From the NCBI GenBank assembly GCA_964489885.1, contig CAZAZX010000002.1:24531-88530 (forward strand): a stretch of 64,000 nt of DNA, given 5' to 3'. This document shows positions 38,339 through 50,900 of this stretch, piece by piece (positions within the stretch are counted from its first letter, which is position 1; each line of letters begins with the position of its first letter). The stretch comes from an uncultured Lachnospiraceae bacterium (GTDB lineage Bacteria; Bacillota; Clostridia; TANB77; CAG-508). The notes under the pieces were generated by a model. It was not told where the DNA came from. It searched no databases and saw only the letters and a list, made by a program, of their open reading frames with translations. The translations under genes were made by a program, and so were the position numbers.

Positions 38339-39575
38339 ATGAAAAAGGTATTATTTGCTGTAATTTTTGTTTTATGCTTTACAAGCTTTGTTTATGCAGA
38401 TGACGAAGATTTTGAACAGTTAAGTGAATTTGAAATTTGGGAAGATATTAGACAAACATCTGCAAAAGAAAGTAATTTGCCAAACGTAAATTCTAGAGCA
38501 GCAGTAGTAATAGATAGAAATTCTAAGGCAATTTTATTTGGGAAAAATGAGAATGATAAAAGACCAATGGCATCAACAACCAAAATTATGACTGCTATTG
38601 TTTGCTTAGAAAATGGAAATTTGAATAAAGAAATAGAAGTATCTCCTAAAGCTGCCGGAATAGGTGGATCATGCTTAGGCCTAAAAAAAGGTGATAAATT
38701 AACTTTAAACGATTTACTTTATGGCCTTTTATTGCGTTCACGGAAATGATGCTGCAGTACAAATTGCAATAACAATAAGTGGAAGTGTTGAGAATTTTGC
38801 AGAATTAATGAATAAAAAAGCAAAAGACATAGGATTAAATAATACGCACTTTATTACACCACATGGATTGGATAATGAAGAACACTATACTACTGCTTAT
38901 GAATTAGCTTTATTAACAGACTATGCATTAAATAATAAAAAATTTGCCGAAATAGTAAATACTAAGTATTATACAATACATATTAATAACCAAGAAAAAA
39001 ATTTAAAAAATACAAATGAACTACTTGGTGTGTTAGATGGTGTAAATGGTGTAAAAACAGGTTTTACAAATAAGGCAGGTAGATGTCTTGTTACTTCTAC
39101 ATCAAGGAATAATTGGCAAACTATTTGTGTCGTTTTAGGTGCAGATACTAAGAAGATTAGAACAAATGACAGTATAAAACTAATAGAATATGCGTATAAA
39201 GATTTTGAACTAATAGATGTTGGTAAAATTATAGAGAAAAAATATAATTTATGGAAAAGTGAGGAAGAGCCTCAAATTTATATTAATAAAGGCGAGAAAG
39301 AAAAGATACAAACATATATAGAAAAAATTCCTTATGAAAAATATCCAATATTAAAGAGTAATAAGAAAAATATTGATTGCTCAATAGAAAGTTTTAAATT
39401 TTTAGAAGCCCCTATATACCAAAATACTGAAGTCGGAATAATTAAATTGGAAGTTGATGGTAAAGAAATTTGTAATATCAATATAAGATGTGGAAAAACC
39501 ATAGAAAAAAAGTCAATTGGTGATTATTTTAGAATTTTATTCTGTGGATTGGGTACTTACTTAACAAATTTTTAA
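38339..39575 (+). pseudogene. D-alanyl-D-alanine carboxypeptidase (DacF/PBP5-like), split by a +1 frameshift at the in-frame CGG at 38741-38743 inside the SGN motif
   Basis: SxxK = ASTTK and KTG = VKTGFT. ...LLLRS|GNDAAV is broken as tca[c]ggaaat. Confidence 0.7.
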
Positions 39576-39878
39576 AGAAATATACGAAGACCTAAGTGAT
39601 TTTTTATGAGTTTTAAAATGGGCTTTGCGTAAGCTTTTGTTTTGTTTTATGCTTGTAATGTTACAAAAAGTTGCTAAAAATGTAACATTAATTTAAAAAA
39701 TGTCAAAAAAGCTAGTTCCGTAAAGGGATAGAGGTCATTTTGAAAAAATGGAAAAAAGCTCTATTGTATTTCAAATTTTAAAATGCTATATTATGACTAA
39801 ATTAATCACATAGGAGGATAAATATATGGACAACTCAGCAAAAAAATCGAATATATATTTATTAGAAAGGAGGAAAAA

Positions 39879-42800
39879 ATGAAAAAAATAAAATTAAAAG
39901 CAGTTGTGAGTATGCTATTAATAATAACTATATTATTTAGTAATTTTAGTTGGTTAAGTATATATGCATATTCAGCAACTTCAAGCTTAACATCAGATTC
40001 CACTGTATTAGAAACAGGAAAAACGTATACATTGACATTGAAAATTAACCCAACTGATGTTGGAACAACAGAAGGAATAGATTCAATGCAGGGATCGATA
40101 AAATTTGAAACAGATGTATTTAATGTGTCAAAAGATGATATAGATGATTATTTTAATGATACAAAAAAATGGCAGACTCCTTCTATACAAACTATAACTT
40201 ATGAGAATGGATTTACTATAATTTCATTTATTTCAGATACTAAGTCTAATAAAAAATATAATACTGAAACTGAAGTATTTACTATAACATTAACAACAAA
40301 AGATAGTGTAGATGTAAATAGTACGACAATATCAATAGATTCTTCAGGAATATTTGACTATTCTGTATCTGGAGGAAAAACTCAAGCTGGAGGCACTGGT
40401 GATATTTATCTTGACCCTGTATCAGTTACATTAAAGAAGGCAACTCAAGATCCTGAACCAACACCTGCAACATCAGCTATTGTTAGCAAATTTAAAAAAG
40501 ATACTACAACACTTTTAGATGGAGCAACAATTGCTTTATATAAAACAGCAGAGAATGCTCAAGCAGGAGAAAGTGCACTTGCAGAATTAACAACAGGAAC
40601 AGATGGACAAGATACTGGTAAAGTTGATTTTGCGAAGGCAACAAGTTTAACGACAGGAACATATTTTTATAAAGAAACAAAAGCACCAGATGGTTATGTA
40701 ACAAATGATACTATATATTCATTTAGTGTAGATTCAGAAGGAAATGTAACATATAATAGCCCAAATACAAAGGGAATAATTGAAGATGAAGAAGAAACAG
40801 TTGCACCAACACCTGCAACATCAGCAATTATAGTAAAACAAGATAAAGAATCAAAGGCAGTTTTAAATGGAGCAACAATTGCCTTATATGATACAAAAAC
40901 AAAAGCGGAAACAGGCTCAGAAGAAAATGCACTTGCAGTATTAACAACAGGAGAAAATGGACAAGTTGATTTTGCAAAATCAACAAGTTTAACGACAGGA
41001 ACATATTTTTATAAAGAAACAAAAGCACCAGATGGATATGATGTAAATAACACAGTATATTCATTTAGTGTTAATTCAGAAGGAAAGGTAACATATAATA
41101 GCCCAAACACAGAAGGAATTATATATGATACAGAAACAGCACCAACACCTGCAACATCAGTAATTGTTACAAAACGTATAAAAGATACAACTACACCATT
41201 AGCTGGAGCAAAAATTGCTTTAGTAGATGAATTTGGAAATATATTAAAAACAGAATCAAAAAAAAGTGCAGTATTAACAACAGGAGAAAATGGACAAGTT
41301 AATTTAGCAACATTATTAGATTTAACAAAAGGAACACATTTTTATAAAGAAGTTGCTGCACCAACAGGATATAAAGCAGATACAGAAGTATATTCTTTTG
41401 ATGTTGACAAGGCTGGAAATGTAACATTTAATGCACCAAACACAAAGGGTATAATTGAAGATGAGGCAATTACAGCTAATAGCGTAATTATTACAAAATA
41501 TAAAACAGATACATATGATGTTGTAGAGGGTGCAACAATTGCTTTATATAAAACAGCAGAGAATGCTAAAGCAGGAGAAAATGCACTTGCAAAATTAACA
41601 ACAGATGAAAATGGACAAGTTGATTTTGCTAGTAGAGCTACTTTAGAGACAGGAAAGACATATTATTATAAGGAAACAGCAGCACCATTAGGATATGTAA
41701 AAAATGATAAAGTTTATTCATTTACAATAAATGCAGATTCAACAGTAACATTTGATGAAGCAAATGGAATTTTATACAATGATAGAATTTCTGCTGGAGA
41801 TGAAACTGTTGTAATCCAAAAAGTAAAATCATCAGATGCAACACCACTTCAAGGTGCAAAAATTGCCTTATATAGCAGTAGAGATGATGCAACAAATAAA
41901 GATACAACAAATGAAGACAAAGCAATAATCGAATTAACAACTGATGAAAATGGAAAAGCATATTTTTCAAGGGAAACTACATTAGAACCAGGAACATATT
42001 TTTATAAAGAAACAGTAGCACCAACTGGTTACAGTTTAAATACAAATATTTATAGCTTTAAAGTAAATGAAGATGGAACAGTAACTTTTGAAGATAAGGC
42101 TAATAATGGAACAATATATGATGATAGAATAACAGCTCAAGAAGGAACAGCAGTAATTACAAAATATAAAACAGACACAGAAACTCCAGTTCAAGGAGCA
42201 GAAATAGCCTTATATGATTCAGAGCATAGTGCAATACAAAAAGATGGCAAAGATGTGGTATTAACAACAGATGAAAATGGACAAATAGATTTTTCAAAAG
42301 CAGTAGGATTAGAACCAGGAACATATTATTATAAAGAAACAAAAGCTCCATTAGGATATAAACTAAACGAAACAGAATACTCATTCACAGTAAGTGAAGA
42401 GGGAACAGTAACATTTGATAGTGCAGAAGGTAAGCTATACGATGAAAGAGTAATAGCAGGAGAAGATTCTGTAATAGTTACAAAATTAAGAAGAAGTTTA
42501 GAAACACCGCTTCAAGGAGCAGAAATAACCTTATATGATTCAGAACACAAAATAATGAAAGACAAAGATGGAAATGATGCAGTATTAACAACAGATGAAA
42601 ATGGAAACGCTATTTTTTCAAAAGTAGTAAAATTAGAACCAGGTACTTACTATTTTAAAGAAACAAAAGCACCAACTGGATATAGTCTAAATGAAACAGA
42701 ATATACATTTACAGTAAATAATGATGCAAGTGTAGATTTTGATAATGCAAATGGAATAATATATGATGACAGAATAACAGCTCAAGAAGGAACAGCAGTA

Positions 42801-44630
42801 ATAACAAAATATAAAACAAATACAGAAACACCACTTCAAGGAGCAAAAATCGCCTTATATGATTCAGAGCATAATGCAATGAAAGATAAAGACGAAAAAG
42901 AAATAGTATTAACAACAGATGAAAAAGGACAAGTAGATTTTTCAAAAGTAGTAGGATTAGAACCAGGAACATATTACTATAAAGAAGTACAAGCACCAAA
43001 AACATATGTTTTAAATGAAACAGAATATTCATTCACAGTAAGTGAAGAAGGAACAGTAACATTTGATAGTGCAGAAGGTAAATTATACAACGATAGGGCG
43101 ACAGCAGAAGAAGGAACAGCAATTGTAACAAAATTAAGAAAAAATACAGAAACACCACTTCAAGGAGCAGAAATAACACTATATGATTCAGAACGTGAAA
43201 TAATGAAAGACAAAGATGGAAATGATGTAGTATTAACAACAGATGAAAAAGGACAAGTAGATTTTTCAAAGGCATTAGGATTAGAGCCAGGAACATATTA
43301 CTACAAAGAAACAAAGGCTCCATTGGGATATAAGCTAAATGAAACAGAATATTCATTCACAGTAAGTGAAGATTGTGTAGTTGAATTTGGAGCTTCAAAT
43401 GGAAAAATATATGATGATAGAATAACAGCTCAAGAAGGAACAGCAGTAATTACAAAATACAAAAAGGGCACAACAATTGCTGTACCAGGAGCAGAAATTA
43501 CCTTATATAATTCAGAAAACAAAGTAATGAAGTATGCAAATGGAGAGGATATTGTATTAAAAACAGATGCAAAAGGAAAGGCAGATTTTTCAAAAGCAAC
43601 TGCTTTAGAGCCAGGAACATATTTCTATAAAGAAACAAAAGCACCAGAAACATATATTAAAAATGATACAAAATATTCATTCACAGTAAGTGAAGAAGGA
43701 AAAGTAACATTTGATAGTGCAAATAGTATTTTATACAATGATAGAATAACAGCAAAAGAAGGAACAGTAGTAATTACAAAATACAAAAAAGGAACAGAAA
43801 CAGTATTAAAGGGTGCGGAAATAACACTATATGATTCAGAACATAAAGTTATGAAAGATAAAAATGGCAAAGATGTAATATTAACAACAGACGAAAAGGG
43901 ACAAGCAGATTTTTCAAAAGCAGTAGGATTAGAGCCAGGAACATATTATTATAAAGAAACAAAGGCTCCATTTGGATATAAAGTAAACGAAACAGAGTTT
44001 TCATTTACAATTCAAAATGATGTAACAGTTAAATTTGATGAAAATAATGGAAAAATTTATGATTCAAGAATGACAGCAAAACCTGGAACAGTTACAATTA
44101 CAAAATATGTTACAGGAACTACAACTCCAATTGCTGGTGCACAAATTGTTCTATGTGATTCAAAGGGAACTATTTTAAAAGCTGATGACAAAGAATTAAA
44201 ATTAACAACAGATTCAAAAGGAAAGGTTGATTTTACAACAATAGTTAACTTAGAACCAGGAACATATTATTACAAAGAAACAAAAACACCAACTGGATAT
44301 AAATTAGATACAAAATTATATTCATTTAATGTTAATGAGGATGGAACAGTAACATTTGATAGTGCAAACAGTATTTTATACAACTCAAAAGATGAAACAA
44401 AACCACCGAAAGAAGCAGGAGCAGGAGAAGAAACAAAAGATAATACAAAAGAAGAGACAAAAACAGAAGGAAGAACAGAAACAAAGGATGAAACGAATAC
44501 AATACCTACTAAGGAAACAAAACCAGATAAATTACCTTATGCTGGAATTGAACCTATACATGTAGGAATTGGAGCAGCAATAATACAATTAATCGGAAGT
44601 GCTGTATTACTATTTAAAAGATTTATTTAA
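39879..44630 (+). CDS. Pilin-like surface protein: N-terminal cohesin-like domain, about 14 SpaA/CnaB-type repeats, C-terminal LPYAG + TM + basic tail
   Basis: Repeated GTYFYKETKAP.GY...YSF.V motif. N-domain is paralogous to those of 58808 and 59799. C-terminus KLPYAGIEP...LLFKRFI. Confidence 0.7.
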   Translation: MKKIKLKAVVSMLLIITILFSNFSWLSIYAYSATSSLTSDSTVLETGKTYTLTLKINPTDVGTTEGIDSMQGSIKFETDVFNVSKDDIDDYFNDTKKWQTPSIQTITYENGFTIISFISDTKSNKKYNTETEVFTITLTTKDSVDVNSTTISIDSSGIFDYSVSGGKTQAGGTGDIYLDPVSVTLKKATQDPEPTPATSAIVSKFKKDTTTLLDGATIALYKTAENAQAGESALAELTTGTDGQDTGKVDFAKATSLTTGTYFYKETKAPDGYVTNDTIYSFSVDSEGNVTYNSPNTKGIIEDEEETVAPTPATSAIIVKQDKESKAVLNGATIALYDTKTKAETGSEENALAVLTTGENGQVDFAKSTSLTTGTYFYKETKAPDGYDVNNTVYSFSVNSEGKVTYNSPNTEGIIYDTETAPTPATSVIVTKRIKDTTTPLAGAKIALVDEFGNILKTESKKSAVLTTGENGQVNLATLLDLTKGTHFYKEVAAPTGYKADTEVYSFDVDKAGNVTFNAPNTKGIIEDEAITANSVIITKYKTDTYDVVEGATIALYKTAENAKAGENALAKLTTDENGQVDFASRATLETGKTYYYKETAAPLGYVKNDKVYSFTINADSTVTFDEANGILYNDRISAGDETVVIQKVKSSDATPLQGAKIALYSSRDDATNKDTTNEDKAIIELTTDENGKAYFSRETTLEPGTYFYKETVAPTGYSLNTNIYSFKVNEDGTVTFEDKANNGTIYDDRITAQEGTAVITKYKTDTETPVQGAEIALYDSEHSAIQKDGKDVVLTTDENGQIDFSKAVGLEPGTYYYKETKAPLGYKLNETEYSFTVSEEGTVTFDSAEGKLYDERVIAGEDSVIVTKLRRSLETPLQGAEITLYDSEHKIMKDKDGNDAVLTTDENGNAIFSKVVKLEPGTYYFKETKAPTGYSLNETEYTFTVNNDASVDFDNANGIIYDDRITAQEGTAVITKYKTNTETPLQGAKIALYDSEHNAMKDKDEKEIVLTTDEKGQVDFSKVVGLEPGTYYYKEVQAPKTYVLNETEYSFTVSEEGTVTFDSAEGKLYNDRATAEEGTAIVTKLRKNTETPLQGAEITLYDSEREIMKDKDGNDVVLTTDEKGQVDFSKALGLEPGTYYYKETKAPLGYKLNETEYSFTVSEDCVVEFGASNGKIYDDRITAQEGTAVITKYKKGTTIAVPGAEITLYNSENKVMKYANGEDIVLKTDAKGKADFSKATALEPGTYFYKETKAPETYIKNDTKYSFTVSEEGKVTFDSANSILYNDRITAKEGTVVITKYKKGTETVLKGAEITLYDSEHKVMKDKNGKDVILTTDEKGQADFSKAVGLEPGTYYYKETKAPFGYKVNETEFSFTIQNDVTVKFDENNGKIYDSRMTAKPGTVTITKYVTGTTTPIAGAQIVLCDSKGTILKADDKELKLTTDSKGKVDFTTIVNLEPGTYYYKETKTPTGYKLDTKLYSFNVNEDGTVTFDSANSILYNSKDETKPPKEAGAGEETKDNTKEETKTEGRTETKDETNTIPTKETKPDKLPYAGIEPIHVGIGAAIIQLIGSAVLLFKRFI
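40440..44340 (+). repeat. Array of about 270-290-bp intragenic tandem repeats (near-identical DNA blocks) encoding the CnaB-like modules
   Basis: Recurring blocks such as aataacagctcaagaaggaacagcagtaat...ccaggaacatattattataaagaaacaaa. Confidence 0.6.
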
Positions 44631-44641
44631 TGAATAAGATT

Positions 44642-44681
44642 AAAGAATGATTATCAAAAAAAGATAATCATTCTTTTTTAT
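44642..44681 (+). terminator. Rho-independent terminator
   Basis: aagaatgattatc-aaaaaaa-gataatcattctt plus a T run. Confidence 0.65.
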
Positions 44682-44967
44682 CTCATTTACCTAGAAATAT
44701 AAACTAATATTTAAAGTTAACCATGTGGAAAAATAGAAGAATGTGAAAAAAGCAAAAAATCTATAACTCAGGTATGCGTAGGAATACAACAGATTTACAA
44801 AAATTCATGACAAATATTAATAAAAATGTAACATAATTTTAAAAAAAGACGAAAAATGTAGTCCCGTAGCGTGTTAGAGAATGCTTTTAAAAACTGGTAA
44901 AAACAGCTATTGTATTGAAAAAAAGAAAATGCTATAGTTTTATTAATATTAAAAAAGGAGTACAGTT

Positions 44968-47900
44968 ATGAAGAGTAAGAAGATTTTAAAAATAGTTTTA
45001 ATTTTGAGTATTGCAATAATTGCAGCTGTTGCATTAGTCTCAAAAGTATTTTCTGATAGTAGTAGATATTATGTTTTAGATGTCGAACATGCTACTGCTG
45101 ACAGTGAAGGTAATACTAAAAAAGATGACAATTTAAGAATTACAGAAAAAATTAAAGATGATGGTAAAGGAAATTTTGACACTGAAACATTAAATTATGA
45201 GGTAACAGTTTCAAATAAGAATGGAGAAAACAGCATAACACAAATTGCTATGGTTGTTGATACATCATATAGTATGCAAACTAATGATTCAGAAAGTAAA
45301 GCAAAAAGTGAAGCTAAAACATTAGCTCAAGGAATTTTTGATAATCTTTCAAAGTCAGCAAATTTGCAGATGAGTGTATTTAGTAATAACGGGCAAAAAT
45401 GTGCATTAACAAATAATGTAACATTAATTACTAATGCTATAAATGGATTAACAACAGGGGAATCTGAAGACTGTAATAATGGGCTTCAATTAGCTTATGA
45501 TTCTCTAAGTGGAGCTGCACCTGCTGGAAAAACATTAAATAAAATGATTATTTATTTTACAGATTCAACAGATAATGTTTCTCAGAAAATGAAAGATATA
45601 GTTAAGGCAGATCCTAGTTTAAAATTAATAAGTGTTTTAGTTGATTTAACAAGTTCTTCATATTTAGATTTGGATACTGCAAAACCAGTTGAAGGAGAAG
45701 TATATGTTTTACCAGCTTCTGTTAATGAAAGCGATATTTTACCAAAAGACGTTATAATATACGATCCAAATAAAATATATGATGAAGTAAATTTAGCTGC
45801 AAATAGCGTAAAGGTGGAAAACTTCTTTGACCAAGGTATAATAGAAAACTTTGATATTTCTTCTTCTGATTTTTCAGCAACAGAGGGAACAACTGTAACA
45901 CCTAAAGAAGAGAATGGAAAAATAATAGGATATGATTGGAATGTTGGTAATTTAAAATTACAAGAATCTAAAACATTGACATTTTCTATAAAACTAAAAT
46001 CTGATTCTGAATTAAACAAAATGCCTATTAATTCAAAATATATATTTGAGGACATATATACAAATGAGAAACAAAGTATTACATATAAAAAATATAATAC
46101 AGATATTGAAGTAACAATGGATGGACTAGATAAAAGAGAAGGAACAGAGGCAACAGTTGTTAAAATTTGTGAAGGATATAAATTAAAAATTAAAGCTGTA
46201 AGTGATGCAAATAGTGACTTGTCAGTAGAAGGAGTTAAAGTAAATATTACGGGAGTAGACACAAATGGAAAAGAAATATGTAATGTTGAAAAAACTACAG
46301 ATTCAAATGGCTATGTTTTAATTACACCAGATGATTCCTCAGCCTTAAGAAGAGATGGAAAAATAAAATATACTATAACTCCAATGGATACAAATAATCT
46401 TGTGGGATATACATCTTCTGATTCAATGAGTTTTGAAATTGATAATAATAAAGCAAGCAAAAAATTAATTTTTGATGATTTATATTCTGGAATAAAGAAT
46501 GCAATAATTGAATCAACAAGAACAGTCGAAGTTGAAATACCTATAAAAAGTTTAACATTAGATTTAGAAATTCATTCACAAGAACTAAATAATTCTAATA
46601 TAAACATTCCACAATGCAAATTTGAGTTAATTCAACCAAAGCTAAATAGTAAATATGAGATGTCAGTATTATATGGTACTACAGATGATAATGGTGTTTT
46701 ACACTTTAATCCAACAGTCATGACAAAAGACGGTACATATAATTATATTTTAAGACAGGTTTCTGCACCTAATGGATATGAAGTAACAGATTTGGCAATG
46801 ATAAAAATTGAATTTAAAAATGGAAGAATTGTAACACCAAGCTCAAACTCAGACTCATTAAAAGTTTTATATAATGATGCTGTATCTGCAGTCCTTGATG
46901 CTTCTTCTAAAACATCAAATACAGATCTTGTTAAAGTTTTTGTAGGAGATGAAAGCTTAAAAAAAGATCCATTTAAAATACAAATCAATGTAGCTGATGC
47001 AGATGACAACACTATAAAACTAGATGGAGTAACATATAATATTACAGTAACTGATTCACAAGGATTCCCAATAACACAACCTGCCGTAACAGATGAAAAT
47101 GGCCAAATTAATATAGAAGGATATGGAACAGGTTATTTAACACTTGAAATTGAAGAAAAATCAACAAAAGTAGGTTATGAAGAAACTAAGGATAAAAAAG
47201 AAATTATATTGCAACATGTAAATGGTAAAGTTACAATTCTAAGTTGTACACCAACAAGCATCTATAATACAAACGCATATAAAACAGGATATGTACTTGA
47301 TGGAGGAAATCAAATAGGTGTAAAAGTAAACTTAACAAGTAAGAAAAAGACAGAACAAAACATTATAAAATTAAAAATTGTGGATTCAGACCAAACGTAT
47401 TTACCTGCAGGTGAAGAAATAGTATATGAATTATTTGATGAAAATAATGTAAGTTGTGGTATGAAGGGAACTGATTCAAATGGAGAATTAAAATTTACTA
47501 TAGGCAATAGGGAGCCAAGAACATATAAATATACTTTAGTTCCTGAAACTATGACTGCACCAGCAGAATATGATACATCAAAAATTGAAACACCAATTAA
47601 TTTGGATGTAACTTTTGATAATAATGGCATAATTACAAATGCTACTAAAACTTCAACAACATATTCATCAGTAATTTCACAAAATTTCGAAATTGTAAAT
47701 AGCAATAAATTAATTGAGAATACTTATGAATTGACAATTGGATATTATGTAAGAGAAGATGCTACAATAAAATTCACAGTATTACTTAGAGATGAGAAAA
47801 ACATGACAACACCACTTGATAACGCAAAATATAATATTGATATAGAATATGAAACAACAAAGGGTGGAGAAACTGTAACAAGAACAAAAAAATTAGTAAA

Positions 47901-50900
47901 TAGAGCAACAAATAGCTTTGGTAAATTATCAACAATAATACCTAAATCTGGAAATATAACTGTCAAAGTTAAGGAAGTAACTGCAAAACCTGGATATGCA
48001 TTAGATTATACAGAACAAGAATTTAATATTTCATGTTTATCTAATGGAAAAATTGTTATTAATAATCAAACACCAACATCTCCAAAAGGAGCAGTTGTTG
48101 ATTCAAATCAAAAAGAAGTAATATATTACGACTACAATAGAGGAAGAAATTCATCTGATACCTATATAAACTTAACATTAACAAAACAAGATACGCAAAA
48201 AGCTTATGTTGATGGATTAATGCTAGAGGTAGAAAGTGAAAAATTATTAGATGGAAGTGGAGCTAAACTAGATTCAATAATTGCAACAGGTTCGCAAACA
48301 GCTGGAGGAAAAGAAGTAACAGGTTCAATTGTTTATGATTATGATGACTATATGAAAAAAATACCAGATTCATTTACAATTAAAATACCAGAAGAAATTA
48401 AAATAAATGAAGAAGGAGTATATGAATTTAAAGTTAATGAACTTACTACTAATGATGGCGGAAATACATATGTAAAGAAAAAAAATACAGAAGTTAAGTT
48501 TAGATTAATTTTTAGAAATAAAGATGGTGATGTTAAATTAACAAATGTTGAAACTATTTATGGCAATAGATTAGTTATAGATAAAAATTTTTCAAGTGCA
48601 TCAGATTCTAATGAAGGAATTCAAAAACAAAATGAGCTAGGTGTTTTCTTATCAAATATACAAATCGATTTATATACAAACTATGATGATGTTGGAAACC
48701 TTTCATTAGACCTAAAAAAATTTACTAAAATTAAAAATAGTGCTACAGGTAAAGAAGATATAAAGTTAGATGGTGCAGAATATGATCTTAAAATACTAAA
48801 CCCAGATAATAGTATTGTTAGAAAGAAAATAAAAATAGACAATGGAGATAATAGCGATTCAATAGAACTTACAGGACTTAATGTATATAAGGGAAGTATT
48901 ATACAACTAACAGAAATAAAAGCACCAACAGGCTATGCACTAAATGAAGCTACAGAAAGTTTTGAAGTTAAATCTGTTGATGTTTTCGATTCAGATCCAT
49001 CAAAATGTGAAACATTTGAAATGGAACATATTGACAATTCTTATAATCCTTCAAGAGCTACTTTAAAACAATTAGCTGCAGGAGTTAATGCTGCTGGAAA
49101 TATAAAAGAAAATTATGAAATTGATTTATATGATAATTTATTACAAACATTTAATATGCAAATTCAGACTGTAGATGCAGAAAAAAATAATGTAAATGGA
49201 TTTACTTTTGATGTATCAACAGATCAAGGTGTAGAAGAAAAGGATGTTCCAGTATTTGAGAATAGAACTATAGGAGCAAGTCCTGCAAATACTGTTGTTA
49301 AATATACGATTAAGTCAAATAAAACAGCTCAATATTATAAAAAAATTAAAGATGATATTATACTTAATGTGGTTTTTGATGCGAATGGCAATGTAGATGT
49401 TTCATCAACGAAAGATCCTACAAATCAATCAGATAGTAATTACAATAAAACATGGAGAATTAAAAATTTAACACAGACAATTGAGGGAAATCTTGAACTA
49501 GAAATTACAGTTGAACATCAACCACCTTTAGATGTAAGAGTATTAGAAAAAGATAAAATAACTGATGAAGTAATAAAGGATGCCTCATACAAAATTACTC
49601 CATCTAATGAATTAGATGGAACTGGTAGTGCTAAAAATGATTTGCAAAATTATATTGCTAAAATGTTAGTAGGATACAAAATTGAAGATGGAACTGTAGA
49701 TTATACATTAACTCAGACTGACATAGATGCTAGACATGAAAAAATTGATGATACTAAATTTGAGATAGAATATAAAGATGGGGAAATAAATAAGGCTTCT
49801 TTAGTTGGAACAACTCCAACTGATAAGAAAGCTCCGAAAATTGAGATTAAAACAGATACTAATAATAATTCAAAATATGTAGAAATAGATGTATATGCGG
49901 AGCCTAAAGTTTTATTTAAAGTAACTAATTTAGGATATTTTGATAACCTACAACTACAGGGGGCAAAATTTAAAATTACTGAACAACAAAAACAAGAGTC
50001 TTCTGAAGGAACAACTGATGCTAATGGATTCACAAACATGTTAAATTCAACGTATGGAGAAGATAATAGCAAAATATTCAAAGTTGAACAAATTACTGCA
50101 TCAAAGGCGAATACAGGTTATGCAACTGTAGAAGATTTTTATATAAAAGTTGATTTTGATAGCAATAGAGAAATAACAAAAGTGGTTGTTTCAGACGAAA
50201 CAGGAACTGAAATTACGCCAAATAGATTTCTTAAAGTAGGTTTTATAGACAATCCAGATGCGGATGATCCAAATACACCAGCGTATGAGTTTCAACCTGA
50301 TGATGTAACAATTGAAGTAAAAAACTATCCAGAATTTAAAATTAATATTTTTGATTATGACAGAAGAGATGAAACTACACCAATTGAAGGAACTAAATAT
50401 AAAGTTACATCGAAATATGAATATAATAATAAAGATGTAGATTTTATGAAAACAGATGGCGTTGTAACAGATAGTACAGGTTTGGGAGTAGCACATTTAG
50501 ATAGAACAAAATTTGATACTATTGTGACTTATACAATTATAGAAAACACACCAGGAAATGGATACCAAACAATTGGAACTGAAAAAGATTCTAACAATCC
50601 ACCTGCTAATAACGTTGGATACCCAACTATAAAGTCAAGTATAAATGTAGTAGTTGAATTTGATTCAGATGGATATGTAAAAAATGCATATCTTGAAGAC
50701 AAGGATAATGTAGAAGTTACCAATATTGCTAAGGTAAGTACAATTAGTGGAGATACAGGAAAATTTCAAATTAATTTACAATTGTTAAATAATCCTCTAT
50801 TGAAGATAAATATTACATCAGTAGATAGATTGAATACTTCAACTAAAATACCACATAATGCGTATACAGTAGAGGGATATACAGACAAAGAGGTATCTGG

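Noticed and set aside
40504-43356. Leu/His-rich minus-strand ORFs (e.g. 40504..40704, 42709..43032, 43033..43356)
   Set aside because: These are antisense frames of the highly repetitive pilin-like gene 39879..44630. Their composition is an artefact of the repeat (ttataaagaaac... antisense) and they have no RBS.
44356-44565. Lys/Gln-rich 69-aa ORF inside the 3' end of the pilin-like gene
   Set aside because: It is an alternative frame of the Glu/Thr/Lys-rich linker region and has no RBS.
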